Below the pieces are notes generated by a model. The model saw nothing but the letters and a program-made list of their open reading frames with translations. It had not been told where the DNA came from and made no database searches. A stretch of DNA of 60,427 nucleotides, the filler included, from Jimgerdemannia flammicorona (taxonomy: Eukaryota): NCBI GenBank assembly GCA_003990765.1. It is 3 parts of 3 records of this genome, joined end to end, with 100 filler letters (N's around TTAATTAATTAA, not from the genome) between each part and the next. Parts side by side here need not be neighbours in the genome. Positions count along the whole stretch, not along the records: positions 1 to 20,080 come from RBNJ01001768.1; positions 20,181 to 40,255 come from RBNJ01001769.1; 1 more part is not named here. One strand, written 5' to 3'. A program made the translations under genes and the position numbers. How positions within the stretch are numbered: the first letter of the stretch is position 1; each line of letters opens with the position of its first letter. Shown here piece after piece: positions 12,901 to 26,763 of this stretch.

Positions 12901-13280
12901 GTAAAAGAGTGATTATGATAAACCAGTTAGGTGCTAGACTGATAATAGCTATCAGAGTATTATAAGTACTATCTTAGTAGAGTTTTTTAATTGACTAGCT
13001 AGAGGTAAAGTAGTGCAGAGACTAGTATCCTGATTATACTCAACTAAAACTAGAAGCTGATACAGTAATATAATCAAGACTTATAGGCTTAGAGAATGAG
13101 ATCTTTCTTATAAGATAGTATTCAACTAGAACTAAGAGCTAATATAGTAATATAATTGGGGCCTACAGACTTGGAGAGTAGAATTGGGATCTTTTCAGAT
13201 CTTAGCTTATATATTAGTTCTTTTGGAGTAGATTTTATATATATATTAGTCCTTTACTTATCTGTCTTAAATTCTTTTTA

Positions 13281-15601
13281 TGTAATGGTTCTAGTTTCTA
13301 AATAAGGAAGTGACTTATTCTGATGATTCTAAGTAGCTCAAAGAGATACTTAAGGATTCAAGTATTCTCAAAGAATTTCTGAGAGAAAATATTCTGAGAC
13401 TTTATTCATGAGAACAAAGGGGATATTTATACAAGATCTGAAAGAAGGATCTGGAAGAATCTGAGAAATCAAAGGAAAATATCAAGAGGAAAGTTCTTGG
13501 CAAAGATGACAAATGATGATAAATAAAGTTCTACAAGTTTCCAGAATATTCAGTGACTAGCTAAATAAGTACTAGAGGATGCTCAGCACCAAGAAAGGAT
13601 TTCTAAGCATTTAGAAAGTACTAGAAGGTTGTAGAATATTGAAGAAAGACAAAGAAAAGAAATAAACTATGCTAAAATGTTACATCTCCCTCTCTTTAAG
13701 AATCAATATCCTTGTTGAATTCTCAAAGTTATACATAATAAATAATAAGACTAAAAGAAACTTTAAATTAAATATATCAACTCATTGGCAAGGATTGGTC
13801 ATCCTTATATAAGGCAAGGGCCAAAGTATTATCTTGATTAGATGAGAACTGGTTCGAATCTCATTGGTTGTAGGATTTATAGAGTTTTCCTATATCTCTT
13901 GTTTCTGATGCTATATCTCTTAGAGAGCTCTGATGCATAATGTACCTGATCAGCACAGTAGGTCATCTACTATCCAAGAGGAGAACCTCACAGGCAGTCA
14001 ATGAGTTTCTTTTTACTTGAACTCTTAGATGAGGTCTTGGGAGTTCTTGAGATTGGCAGTAGGTTCTCAGATAGCATCATATTCAGGGTAATCCATCCAC
14101 TTGACTAGGTATTCTATGCAATGGTATTGGACTCACTTGTCTAAGATTTTCTCAACTTCATACTTGATGTGGTCTTCAACTATGACTGGTGCTGATGGTG
14201 TCAGAATTCAGCCAAGATATGGAGGTGACTGGTTCTAGACTTTAAGTTGTGACACATGGAATACTGGGTGTATATGCATAGTTGTTGGCAAGTTGAGGTG
14301 GTAAGACCAGGTGGAGACTTGCTTGGTGATCTCAAAGGGTCTAAGGTATTTGGGCTGGAATTTGGCTAACTAGTGGTTGACTTGAGATTGAGCCTTAATG
14401 TTGTTGGCTTTGAGTAGAACTATATCTCTAATATTGTATATAACATCTCACTAGTGCTCCCAAATGAGTCAAATCAATTCAAATCAAATCGAATTGAGGG
14501 TTAAACAAGTCGAATTGAATTGGGGATTTTTCAATTCAAATCAATTCGAATCAAATCAAAAGTCAAATCGAATTGAGAGTCTGATTCAAACCCTAATTTT
14601 CAAAATGCAATAACTCAGCATAGACTCATCCAAATCTAACATACTTTAGCTTGTTAGAATTACATTAATATGGTGAATCTAACAGGCTAAAATATGTTAA
14701 ATTTGGATGAGTATTCGTCGAGTTATTACATTTTTAAAATTAAGGTTCGAATTGAACTTCAAATCGAATTGGACCTTTGATTCGATTTGAATCAAATTGA
14801 ATTGGACCCTTGATTCGATTTGTTGGGAGCACTATATCTCACTGCTTCTTATCTGCATACTTAGCTTGATGTTGCTGAGCCTTTTGTAGATTCATAGTGG
14901 CGATCTTGAGAAGGGAATCCATTTTGTCAATAAGGTTCTAGGCTATAGGGACTTGTGTGTGACTGGATTTCTGGAATGGGACTAGGCTTGCAGGGGTCTT
15001 GGGGTTTTGACTGTAAAGTAGCTGAAATGGGGAAAGACTAGTTGATGATTGGGTAGCATTATTGTAGGTGAACTTGATATAGATCAGATAGTGGTCTCAA
15101 TTATCTTATTCATAAGACATATAGTTTCTGAGCATTTGTTCAAGTATTCTGTTCATTTACTTGATCTGTCCATCAGTTTGAGAGTGAAAGGCAGTGAATA
15201 TAGTGATTTGGGTTCCAAGGGTCTTGAAGAGTGCTTGTTAGAAGTGGCTTGTGAACTTAGAGTCATGGTTACTGATAATTACTCAGGGAAGTTCATAATG
15301 GCAGAAGACAGTCTTGAAGAAGATTCTTGCAATTTCTGGGGCAGTGGCATTAGTTGTGGTTGGCTCGATGATTATAATCTTAGTGAGATGGTCCACAAAT
15401 ACAACAATAGCATCATAGCCTGTTTTGGTTTGTGGGAGTTGCACAATGAAGTTCATTGTGACTTGTTTAAACTTCTTGGTCAGAATTGACAAGGATTGTA
15501 GAAGACTGGTGAGTGCTTAGTTGCTTGACTTATTTCTTTGGCAAAGATCGCAGCTTTGGACATACTCCTTGATTTCCTTGAGCATATTTGGCCAGTAGTA
15601 G
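13281..15601 (-). mobile_element. Element C: truncated chromovirus related to E (integrase, chromodomain, PPT, 3' LTR 13281-13684)
   Basis: LTR resembles 54308-54770. PPT at 13685-13700. Integrase FIVQLPQTKTGYDAIVVFVD and chromodomain YEVEKILD...YLVKWMDYPEYDAI*EP. Confidence 0.9.
14452..14834. mobile_element. hAT-type MITE, 383 bp, inserted in element C integrase
   Basis: 12-bp TIR TAGTGCTCCCAA/TTGGGAGCACTA. 8-bp TSD CATCTCAC/TATCTCAC. AATCGAATTG subterminal repeats and a central palindrome. Confidence 0.9.
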
Positions 15602-16030
15602 TATAAGAGGATTGCTTTTTAGAGTAACTGTTACATAGTTCTAGAAGGGTTTTTTGGAAGTTCTAGATGTTCTAGAAGACCGTTTTCTTATGGTCAAGAT
15701 CAATTACATATAGAGTATGTCCTCTATACTTATTGATTTTAAGTTCGGGTTGACATCTCAACTAAAGTCCTTTTTTGGACTAGTTCTGGATGTTCAGGAT
15801 TTTCCATATTTCAGGAAGTTCAAGAAACTAAGACCAGCTTAGTTGAATTGGCATATTGCTGCAGACAATACCCAATTAGGAAATTTCATAATAGGGTTAG
15901 GAGTGGAACCTAATAGGAAGTAGATTTACTTAAGAGTGGTTTGTAGGTTATTAAATAGGTTTATTCGCTATTCATGATATTGCTATACTAGAAGTAGTTA
16001 TACATATCAAGGGGTATTGTGGGAAAGTAC
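15602..16030 (-). repeat. Partial third copy of family-A LTR (U5/R)
   Basis: Matches 9910-10330. It truncates the element C integrase. Confidence 0.9.
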
Positions 16031-16039
16031 TCAGAAGTT

Positions 16040-16145
16040 GTATTCGGATTGTTCAGATAGGGGGTGGGATCACTGTAATTATATAGGATAGATGGGTATT
16101 AATAAAGAAAAGGAGTCCAAGTAACTATAAAAAGAAAAAAAAAAA
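16040..16145 (+). mobile_element. Poly(A) retroposon tail, same family as 11657-11811
   Basis: Shared CACTGTA.TTATATAGGATAGATG...AATAAAG...GGAGTCCAAGT.ACTATAAAAA. The 5' boundary is approximate. Confidence 0.75.
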
Positions 16146-16159
16146 ATAATAATAATAAT

Positions 16160-18240
16160 TATCAAGCTCATTCTCTATAAATCCACATTCAACCTCTCCT
16201 GTACTAAGTTCAAGTTATATTCAGCAGCCAGTTCCTCCTCTTTAGCTGTCTTTGCCTCCAGCCCAACCAGAAGCTCAGCCAACTCTCTATCCTCTTTCTC
16301 CTCAAAGTCCTCATGATACTCTAGACATGCCTCCTGTCAAAGTTGCAAACCATACTGCTCTGTCCAACAGTAGGTAGCCCACTCACCAGCAATAACTGCC
16401 AGCTCAGCCTTCCTCTCCTCATCAACCTCATATCCCTCCTTCTCTAGGAAAATAGCAAGTACCTCTACCTTCAGTACCTCTACTACTTCATCTCCATGCA
16501 GAATCTATATCCAATGCTCCTTACTTATTACTTTTAAGTCTACTTCCCCTAACTCCTCAGCTGTAAGGTTATCCATCACTTGGCTCATCTACAGCAGGTT
16601 TCCCACCTTCTTCCCTCTTGGTATCTCTAGCCTTTCCACATCCAGCATCATGGTATCTGTCCCTATACTTGTAGCCTCATCCCACCCCTCCTCTGAGACA
16701 TCCACCAGCTCATCCTTGCCAACTGCCACCACCTGTCCTCCTTTTGCTATGTCAGAAACTCCAAAGTGTACTCACTGAGTGCCCCACATCAGCTCATCCT
16801 CAGCTGCCCAACCTCTCACAGCAGAGCCTCATCTGATCAGAAGAGGAGTGTCTTCCAAGACTAGCTCCTAGACCTCAAACATACCATCAGCAAATGAGTC
16901 TTTGTGCATCATTTTCTCAGCCCCATCCAGGCTCTCCTCTGTATCTCCTCCTCTCTTACTAGCCCAGACACTCACCTCTATACCTCTAGACTTCTCAGGA
17001 CCTCCAGAATTTACCTTCACCCCTTCTCTCATACTCACCAGCAGCTCCCTCTGCTTCTTGTACCCTTGAGCTCTCTTCCACTGTCTCTTATCAGTGCAAA
17101 TATGTTTCCTACCTACAATCTCTAAATGTGTCAACTCTATATATAACTTCCAGGCCTTTGTCCTCTACTCTACTGCTCCACTCATCTCCTCCAGAGCCTC
17201 CAACAAGTCCTCCTCCTCCTCTTCACTCCCTTTCACTCTCGATATCTTACAGACAAAAGCCCCCCACATTATCACTGAAGGCCAGTCACTTGTCTTCCCC
17301 ATGGTCTTCCTCTCAGCTAGCCAAATCCTAATGTCCACATCTCCTATCCTGAAAGCAGTCCCCTTCCACATCTGGAAACTAATATTGACCACATTGCTAT
17401 ACTTTGCTATCACCTCCTCTATCCTCCTCCTAGTCTCAACCTTCATCATTATAGGTATCCCCTTTACCAGTAACTGAACCACCCTGGGGTTCCACCTCAA
17501 ACACTATACCATAGAGACCACCACCTCACCAATAACCACTCTAGATTTCAATACTTCCTCTAGTGGACCTACCTTCTCAAAACCCACTTCAACTCTCTCC
17601 AGTCTCTTCAGGAACTTTACTGAGACAGCTCCAGCTACCTGCTCTGAGATAATTCCCAGAACCATTCTCGCTATTACAGCTAAGCCCTGGAAGTACAAGA
17701 TTACTATGAACTCTGAGATTGACTTCTTGAGTAATAGTGCCACTGCCAGCCCTATCACACTATCAGCCAGGTCTTCTTTCCACTTTGGGCCCATCTGCCC
17801 AGCCCCTCCATCAACTATTACATCTGGATTTTTTTCCAGATTCCCAGTCACACCACTATCAGCAATCCCACCCCTACTCTCATCAGCTACTCCACCAGTC
17901 CTTTCTCTTGCCAGCTGAGGTCTAGCACCTCTAACTCCTCCTTCTTTCTGCTTCTTCTTCCCTTCTGCCTGCCCACTATGAGCTCTTACTGACCAATCTC
18001 CAGCCTTCAGTGAGTCTGCAAAGCTCCTCTCCTTCTGCTCTCTGGCCCCTCTACCAGTGCCACTTCCACTGCCTGAGCTGCCCTGCCCACTCAGACCACT
18101 GAAAGATCCTATCCTAAGTCTATACCCTCATCCAACATATTGCCAGTTGAAGGCCCCAGGTCCACCTGACCTAGCATATATATCTGCTTGCTCATTGGTT
18201 GCTATAACCTTAGTATCTTTCTCCAATAAATGGGTCAAAA
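16160..18240 (-). pseudogene. Decayed L1/Tx1-like LINE ORF1 region
   Basis: ORFs 17504-17851 and 17165-17500 align with ORF 41218-42264 (CLRWNP vs CLRWDP; FQMWKGTAFRIG vs FMFWEGTKLRNG). Boundaries are approximate. Confidence 0.75.
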
Positions 18241-19218
18241 GTATATTTCAAAGTTTGTGTTACATGAGTGATAGTGGAGAAAGATGCGTATTAATCTGAC
18301 TATTCAGTCAAATAGAAGGTTGTCTATTTGATAGTAATAGATACAAAACTACTAAGATTAAATATAGAGATGATAAGATTTATAAGTTTCTTAGTACTAA
18401 TGATAATAAAGTCAGTAAGCTTGATCCTTTAAAGAATATAACTGATATTATTTAATTTGGCCTAGAGAATATTATTGCTAAGCATATTATTTTTTAAAAA
18501 CACAAGTATATATAGACTATTGATAGTTAGAATAAACTAAATAAGAAAGCTATTGAAGTATAAGTCTTTGTAGTTATAGATTAATAGATACTCCAAACTA
18601 TAAGATAGAATAGATATTATCTGATATAAAAAATAATAATCTATAAGATAGAGATGCTAAATAGATAGGTATTGCTAAATAAGATAAATAATAGTAATAT
18701 TATAATTAGAGTTAAAGAGATTGAGTATATAGAGAGTAGTTGGTAAATATAAGGAGATATATTCTGATATAATATCATATTATTCATTATCCTATAATAT
18801 CTCTAGCTCAAGTATCTTAAAATAATAATAGCTATTAAAAAGCTAAATAAGGAGATATCAATTAATATATTGTCACGTAGTGGTCGCTGAGTCCTTCAAA
18901 TATGCCAGATTCTCTTCAAGGTGTATCTCTTAGACTAACTCAAGTTTGTTATAAGCAAGTTCTTATTGGAGTGCCTTCCTAAGGTCTTATAGTCCTCAAA
19001 CTTCTTATCTTTAACTGTCTTGTTATCTCTTAGATTGCTTGCAAGGAAGTGTGTGTAAGTGAACTTGACTGAAACTTGACTGACTTTATTTCAGAGGAAA
19101 TAAGAGAGGTATTTATACAAAATATAATTCAATGGTTGCTAAGATATAAAGCTAAATATAAATTCCAATAACTAAAACTACTGAGTTCTAGGGCTGGCAT
19201 TATTTAGTACTACATCAA

Positions 19219-19345
19219 AATACTGGTGCTGGAACAATTTTGCGTCACCTCAGAATACCGGTGCTGGAACAATTTCGCGTCACCTCAGAATACCGGTGCT
19301 GGAACAATTTCCAGTGTTACATGAGAATACTGGTGCTGGCATTAT
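19219..19345. repeat. ~35-bp tandem repeat with core AATACCGGTGCTGG, 4 units
   Basis: Cores start at 19219, 19254, 19289 and 19326. Confidence 0.9.
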
Positions 19346-19363
19346 CTAGTGTAACAAAGAACT

Positions 19364-20080
19364 TTAGAGCAGAAAGTTCAGGATCATGGGAGTTTCATCA
19401 TCATCATCACTGAAGGAGATGAGATCCGCGAATTCGTCATGTAGGTCACGCGTCTCATGTACTTCGTCATTTTCGCGTGCCTTGATGTTGCGCGGGATGA
19501 CGTCATCGATGACGTCATCATGTTCGGGTGTGGTGGGAAAATCGGGAACAAGGTCTGGAGCTCTCCAGTCTATGAGGTTCTCTTCCACAAAATAGGGGAC
19601 AAATGTGGGGTCCTGGGGGGATCTAACCTGGATGCTTGAGCCTTGGAATACTGAGATCAATCCTTGCAGGAATTGGTCTGGGTTGTTCTGAAGGATAGGG
19701 TGCCAGAAGTCTTCTACTTCTTCGCTGTTGAGGGTGATGGTGGACTGGGCTTCTGTAGCTACTCTGGCTTCTAGTGCATTGATGCGGTGGGATGACAGGT
19801 CTCTGAAGTCTGAGACTCTAATATACTCCAAGTTGGGGATTGACCATGGTGCATGCCTGAAGATCTGATGGATCTTCTTTGCTGTCCTTGCCTCACATAG
19901 GTCTATGGGGGTGGCATCTTGTAGCTCTTGAGGGCTGGCCTGTGGGAACTCCCGGCAGAGGAGGTTTCCTATTTCGTATTCCTGCCACATTTGGAGGCAT
20001 TCGGTGGCAATGGTGATCCTTATTTCCATTTCACGGCAGTAGAGGATAAAGTGATAAGGGTCTGCAGTACCCAGGTTGAT
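19364..20080 (-). CDS. Family-B LTR accessory ORF, open, 5'-partial
   Basis: Stop-free from the contig edge to 19364 and closely similar to ORF 36792-37607. Confidence 0.8.
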   Translation of the reverse strand: MNLGTADPYHFILYCREMEIRITIATECLQMWQEYEIGNLLCREFPQASPQELQDATPIDLCEARTAKKIHQIFRHAPWSIPNLEYIRVSDFRDLSSHRINALEARVATEAQSTITLNSEEVEDFWHPILQNNPDQFLQGLISVFQGSSIQVRSPQDPTFVPYFVEENLIDWRAPDLVPDFPTTPEHDDVIDDVIPRNIKARENDEVHETRDLHDEFADLISFSDDDDETPMILNFLL

Positions 20081-20180
20081 NNNNNNNNNNNNNNNNNNNN
20101 NNNNNNNNNNNNNNNNNNNNNNNNTTAATTAATTAANNNNNNNNNNNNNNNNNNNNNNNNNNNNNNNNNNNNNNNNNNNN
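20081..20180. other. Artificial contig linker
   Basis: N44-TTAATTAATTAA-N44, giving stops in all six frames. Confidence 0.98.
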
Positions 20181-20470
20181 GGGGGGGTCGATAACTTTAC
20201 TGCAACCAAAAGATGCGATGAAGACAACAAGGTGCAATCGTTTTATACAATTGTGAACGAACGAACTGACGATAAACAAGCCTTCAGTCTCCTTTTTTGC
20301 CCATCTTCGTGTCTTATATGATCCGCAGATTGATCATGATCTCCCGTCGTTTCTCCTTTCACTGATTAAAGTTTAGAGGAGGTTTATTTATATTAAATAT
20401 GGCAGAGGAGCTACGCCTACACGTGCAACACGAAAGTGGCATTGCCTTATTGTGTCGCTTGTGAGGAAAA

Positions 20471-22318
<1,848 letters not shown>

Positions 22319-23907
22319 TCCTGGGCTGTGGGAAGGGTTGTTGCGTCGAGAGAATGAGCAGTGGCTTTTGTATACTCTCCGCCGTCCATTTTCTCAATTG
22401 TAGCAGTCCATCCGTGACAGTCGACATATAACCTGTTCTATGCCCGCATTCTATCTTAATTACTCACGTGAATTTCCTTATTTATTATGGTCTTAGCCTT
22501 TCGAGTTGTGTAAATATTCGGTGGTTTACATAAAGCAAGTCAACAATCGCTAAGGCGGAAGAGAATTGCTAATAGCCGCACCCGTCTTATTGAAATACCA
22601 CTGTGCTCGCGGCAATCAAGTCAACGAGCCAGGATTTTACGAATATGACCGCCACACCAGATTTGTGCCTTTGTGCCTTTGTGATTGGCATCACGGCATG
22701 CCATTACATACGTGTTTGTAGTACGACATGCTCTGAAACTGAAGCTAGTTGCCTCTCATCTAGGAACCTGTTCTTCTCGTTGTCACACGACCTATGGTAT
22801 ATTCAGCCCCTAATTCTTTTGCCATTCAATTTGCACCCATAGAGTTTCCCCGAGATAGAGGTCTCCATAGTATTCCATGCGGCAAGTTGTCCAGAATAAG
22901 GTTGTTCGAACATATCGAAAAACCGTTTTGAGCGTGGGCAATGCCCTTCCGAAACCGAAGCACTCGCCCCGGTTTATTCATTCAATATGATCGTGCGAAC
23001 GACATATCTTGCGTTCGCTACCACATGAAACGCGACAGATCAGCCGATTAGGTAATGGATACTCGCTCGTAGATTAATCTACTCCAGTTGTCACATTTTC
23101 GTCAGACCGTTGAGCTTAATTATACTACACGAGATGCATCCGTTCATACTGTTGTACCCCTTGCAACTTTCCTCTAGTGAAGCTTATCCATCCTCCGTTG
23201 GCATAGATTCAATGTTGTTGAATGCAGGATGTAATCAGGGTACCTTCGACCTTTGACAAAACGAGCTCCTAATATGCTTGTGAAACATCCTGAACACGGA
23301 GGCTGAGTTGCTTACAAGAGAACACCAGCAACGGAACCCTGCATCATAGTGGGTTGACATCTACGGATGAGCTGATTGTGGATGCCTACCGACCTCGCCA
23401 TCCGAAATAGGAAGCGGTCGCTAGGACTTATGCAGCCGCGGACGAGTCTCATTTACCATAGCTCCGCGGAGCGAACCTAAACTAAAAGATCTCCTAGTTG
23501 ATGTGAGTGGATGCTGCAAACCACCCCGCCAATTTCTTACGTAAAACCTTTAAGACGGCATATTTTCCCGAGATGGGCGTATGTAACCCAGTCTTCGGAC
23601 ATCGAAGCCGCACAAACTTTTGGTCATATTGTTCAGCTGACATTGATGTCATATATTTAAAACTATATCATCCTTTCGAGTAATTAACCTGTTGCGATGG
23701 GCACGAACTATTCAGACGAAAAAACAGGAGGGGAAATTCAAAAACAGATAAACTTTATGTTCGGCAAACAACGTCTTGCAACCCCTGCTGACAATGTAAT
23801 GCTCAACAAATCCCAGCGATCGTACGGAAAATGTATGTCAACATTTAATTTCCGTCCCGAGTCTGGATAAGATCAACAAACACATGATGATTAGGGCCCA
23901 TCTAGAT

Positions 23908-24795
23908 TAGATGTCTAAAACGTATTACAGTCACACAACTCAGCCGTACCTAAAATTAGCTATACCTAGACTCTGACTCTGGGCTCTGGGGGCTGTGCGC
24001 TTAGTTGTAAGCCATGAGCCACTTGGAAGCCATGAGGCGCTTGGCTACCAAGTTGCTTGGCTACTGAGTCAGCTTATTCAGAGCTATCAAGCTCAGCTAT
24101 AAGCTGTAATAAAAAGTATACAAATCTCAATCTCAATCAATTTAATTCAACAACATTGATGTAACAATCCCAAAACCACTTTTTAATATTAAGCAACTAT
24201 TTGTAATTCTACTAAAGAATTCAAAATATAATAATTATATATATATTAAAATGTAATCAATTTGAAGTTCTGATAAATCACAGAATGATAATAGCTGTCT
24301 GCTATATAATGAAACCTACAAAATCAAGCATATATATATATAGAAAGTATTTCAGAAGAAAAATATTACAAGATTAGAATTTATAACTCTGACTAATATT
24401 TTATAAAAATTAAATTATATATATACTTAGTAGAAAATATTCATTAAGTATTAATAAGAAGTATTTGATTATACTTATACTTTTAAAGAAAGTAATATAC
24501 TAAAAAGATTAGCTATTATCAAAATTTTAGTTATTAAAAAAGTAAGTGAATTTATTATTATTTTATTATTACTACTATTATTAAAGAACTAATTATAAAT
24601 AATTTAAAAGAAAAATTGTTTATAAAATATTATATAATTAATAATAAAAATATAAAAAGAGATATTTTATAAACTATTAACTATTTAAACCCTTAGTATG
24701 TAATATTAAGTAGATTAATTTTATCTCTCTATTACAACTAGTACTTAAAATAAATTATCTATTGTTTTATTCTTATTACTATATATTTTATAAAG

Positions 24796-24830
<35 letters not shown>

Positions 24831-25369
24831 TTGATAAGAACAAATTTAAAATTTACCAAATATATAAATTAATAAAGGCTATTGTAAAAACTGAAAGAGA
24901 ATTAAATATATGTTACTTAGTATTTAACAAGATATTAAAACAACTAAAAGATTAATACTAATAGAATAAAAAAGTTGGAAATATTACTAATTTAATAAAT
25001 AACTTAATAATAATATTAGTAAATTAATATAGCTCAGCACAAGCAGTCTTAGTAAAAAAAATTTAAGATAGTTTTTTTTTTTTTTCTATTTAAATATTAT
25101 TTTACGTAGAATAGAAATTTGAAGCCAACTTTATTCACAACAGTTTAACTGAAAACAACAATTAGATATTGTAATCACATTGCCAAGTAGCTAATAGTCA
25201 ATTGTTGCCCAGAGAGAGGCTAATAATCTCTTGTTGGGCAGTGGCTAATAGTCGCTTGATTTTTAATTGTTTCTCAGAGCTCCGAGGCTCGAAAGTCAAT
25301 TGTCATTGCCACAGTTAATTTTAGGTACGGCCGAGTTGTGACTGCCCTTTGTACGCTTTAGACAACCTA
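23908..25369. mobile_element. Non-autonomous TIR element with AT-decayed core
   Basis: Inverted repeats CAGTCACACAACTCAGCCGTACCTAAAATTA (23928) and TAATTTTAGGTACGGCCGAGTTGTGACTG (to 25344), plus outer TGTCTAAAACGTA/TACGCTTTAGACA. No TSD found. Confidence 0.65.
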
Positions 25370-26763
25370 GGGATTAGGAACGTGCTTCCTTCTTTGGACA
25401 CACCTTCCGGACGGTGGGTCAGGTCTGGAACGTTGGATAAGGTCGATTTGTTCCCAAAGGCCACAAGACTCTTGCCTCTTACGTCTTTACCATAACTTAA
25501 ACGACGTCCATCCTTCAGTAATCGTGCTTCGTGTGGCATCCGGGTGACTTGAAAACTCGTGCTCCATTGACATCTCGTGGCCGTCATTAACTTTAAAAAC
25601 AAGCTACCGTAACGGCGCGAGGAACAACGCTATCGCTGTTTTGTCCAAAATGACAAAAAGGTGGCTATTCCGTCTCCTTGAGCGCCGTCCACGACAATGC
25701 TGTGTCGCCTGCCTGTCCTGTTTCGGATTCAGAAGATCGCGCACAGAATACCAGGATGCTTGTCCACGCCATTTAGAAAACTCGCAGGGTCGACAGTCGC
25801 AAGGTGTTGGCCGCTGGGTTGAGGTGAGTTCGTGAGTTCTTAAGGATGGAGAATATGTTGGCTGGTTTGGTTGGCTGCCACCGAATCCAACCATTCTGGT
25901 CATAGTACTGCTTGGATGTCCACCTGAGGAACTTCACGGCCCCCGCCAAAAATTGAAATGTTACTCAAAGTGACTCAATAGATGTTGAGTGCGCCTAGAG
26001 AGGGTCCTTTCAACGATTTCACATATATCTCTACATAGGTGGTATTTCTTGAAGTTCCCCTCTGTAGACCATAAATTTCTTAGAATACACTAGCAAGCTA
26101 CCATTTGCGAAAACAAACATGATTGAACTGTTTGAATCGATCAAGAACGATATGTATGTATTCACCCATTATTTATTATTTATCATGGAAGCATTACTCT
26201 TTCCTTGAGATTCTCATCAATGCTAACCTTGTTTTGTCTTTTTCCCCGCCATCGTCGCCACTACTCCTTTATGGTCTCACCTTAGAATATATATTATCCA
26301 CCCAACACCGAACCTCGACTTCTCGATCTCTTTCGGCTTGTTTGAGCGGGATCCAAGCGTGCGTATCACAACGACTGAGCTGAAGATGAGCACCGCATTG
26401 ATGATTGCAACCTTTGATAACCTCATCATACTATCACTATGAATTTCTGCGATTTGCTAAATCAGGTTCACCCATGCATGGCTGACGTCTTAGGTAACTA
26501 CTGCTATAGAGTATTGTTTGGATTAATCGACTATTTAAATATATTAACTACTTAGTATTATTGAAAAGTAAAGAACAGCGCTATAATGGAGAATAAAAAG
26601 TTTTTGTTGGCCCTGGAAGTTCACCCCAATCATTGAGATGAATTGTCCCCGAAGGCGGGCTGAGGACTGTCAATCACATGTTTCACATGATTCGCATCTC
26701 ACGCTCCCCCCCTAGTTGACACTTTCGCACCTCTCCGCTCCACATATCCTCGAATACTCCCCC

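Larger units (their letters stand above)
18871..20080 (-). repeat. Family-B LTR, cut by contig end
   Basis: Begins TGTCACGTAG on the plus strand and is colinear with 36344-37490. Confidence 0.92.

Noticed and set aside
15602..16145. A short natural variant of the family-A LTR
   Set aside because: The apparent distal match is the retroposon tail, not LTR sequence.
19219..19345. 35-bp repeats as a CRISPR array
   Set aside because: Tandem units without unique spacers, inside a eukaryotic LTR, with no cas genes.
25321..26383. Short ORFs between the TIR element and the SDR gene
   Set aside because: No recognisable motifs or splice-supported model.
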